From Utricularia gibba (taxonomy: Eukaryota > Plantae > Magnoliophyta), in assembly GCA_002189035.1 (NCBI GenBank), contig NEEC01000021.1, positions 682,001 through 746,000 on the forward strand: 64,000 bases of DNA, given 5' to 3'. The notes under the pieces were generated by a model. That model ran no database searches and was not told the origin of the DNA. It worked only from the letters and a program-made list of their open reading frames with translations. Positions 62,501 through 64,000 of this stretch are shown here, piece by piece. The stretch's first letter is position 1, and each line of letters starts with the position of its first letter. Both the position numbers and the translations under genes were made by a program.

Positions 62501-64000
62501 TTTTAGTATTCATGATATCTTTTCTTTCAAATAATTCAATATTCGACATAATATCCGTAAACATTGAATATTGAGGTGAAGTGTAGATCAACATTAGTTG
62601 GATTAGAAGACAAGTACTTATCTATAGCATGCTTATGAAATAAAAAATGTATGATTTGTTTTTGTGTGGGCCATGTAATCACAACATTAAAAAATGTATG
62701 ATTCGTTTATGAAATAAATGAAATTAAAAATTCGGAAATTTAATAAGTCTGGAGATGACATTTAAAAGGAGGGAGGGAGGGTGTCGTACTCGTGGACTGG
62801 TTAGTTCCTTTGCATTTGCATTTGAATTTGCATTTGCGTGGTGTTTGCATTTAAAATGGGCAGCGCTTAAATGACTGACAGCTGTACGCGTCCGTTAGCT
62901 GTTCCACGCCCGCTTCATTAAGACATGAGACCGGGTCGCCTCCAGACATTTATTCCCCAGACATGGCTTTTTGGGAATTTTAAGATATGATTATTTATTT
63001 TAAATGCACGATTATTGTTATTACTGATTTGTGACAAATCATTACCCCTAATGTCCAAGTGTATGTGCACGGTTCAGCATGCCAACATGGCAAGTTGAAC
63101 TGCAATTATTGGGTGTGCTTTTTATTGGAAATGATTAAAGTTTGTTCACTAAAAGTTCGTTTGATATGAATGTAATTTATATGTTTACGTATAATGTAAT
63201 TGAGTATATATACATAATCAATTGTATATAATATTTGATATTCAAAAATAGAAGTCTTAATATTCAATTTCTATACATATATCTAACTTTCCTCTATTTA
63301 TATATATTCAATTGTATATAATTACTTCAAAAAATAAGTATTTAAATAATATAATTATGCAATATTAATATACGTATACTAGTTAATCAAACAATAATAT
63401 AATCCAAAAATGTTTTCATTATAAAATATAACATATCTAAATTCATTTTTTTAACAAACACATTCTAAATCTAAAATTCTGAAATACATTTTATCTTAAA
63501 CCATATTATCAAAATATTAAATAATCTACCAAACACTATTTTTAGAATTTGATGTGCAAAATTAAATAATTTAAAAAATACTTAAATTTAAAATTTATTA
63601 TAATAATTTTGTATGATAAATAAATATTAAGTTTGTTTATTATGTAGAATATTGTGACATCAATTGTAAAAACGCCAATTTACAGAAACTTGTAATTTGA
63701 AAGATTTAAAGATGCTTATTTTTAAAAAAGCCCAATAATGAAGCCCAAATGAATTGATCCATTTCTTGACATCATATGGGGCCCAATGTTGTTCTCATCG
63801 ATGCTGCCATGAACAAAACTCATCTAAGCCCATGTTTTCGAGCATGTGACTTTATATTTATAAACTTGTTTAAGCCTCTTTTTTATTTAAATATAAATAA
63901 TTCAAAAAAGTTATTGACAAAATTATCATATGAAATCCCGCCATATTTATATGTTTTTTGTGATTGATTTTCTTATTATTTTGTGTTTGTTTCGAAATAT

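Noticed and set aside
1-64000. CRISPR arrays, tRNA/rRNA genes, autonomous transposases or RT ORFs, prokaryote-type systems
   Set aside because: None seen. The sequence is spliced plant nuclear DNA and every long ORF is accounted for by the listed genes.

Overview
Plant (angiosperm) nuclear euchromatin. GC-rich genes with very short introns are separated by multi-kb, very AT-rich spacers full of decayed MITE/MULE/hAT-like repeats. I could build frame-consistent models by hand for 13 protein-coding genes: MDIS/MRH1-type inactive receptor-like kinase (3' part only, +), CIPK (+), QWRF/AUG8 (+), ENT3-type nucleoside transporter (-), bHLH112-like (-), TauE/SafE-family transporter (-), CRIPT (-), CYP77B (+), DUF707 (-), Dof (+), DCN1 (-), NF-YC (+) and CYP96A-like (-). 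I found no rRNA, tRNA, CRISPR array or autonomous transposon. The clearest anomalies are: (1) three single-base losses in C/G runs that cancel out inside the CYP96A-like gene, so the ORF looks intact while about 40 conserved residues are out of frame; (2) three GC-AG introns among about 52 modelled introns; (3) a 58-nt intron, an ATG-only first coding exon and several 24-33 nt micro-exons; (4) an overlapping uORF on the CIPK; (5) a 175-bp solo LTR with a perfect 5-bp TSD; (6) several CpG-rich orphan islands with no recognisable gene. I did not find convincing evidence for a new multi-gene biological system. All family assignments come from recalled motifs, not database searches.
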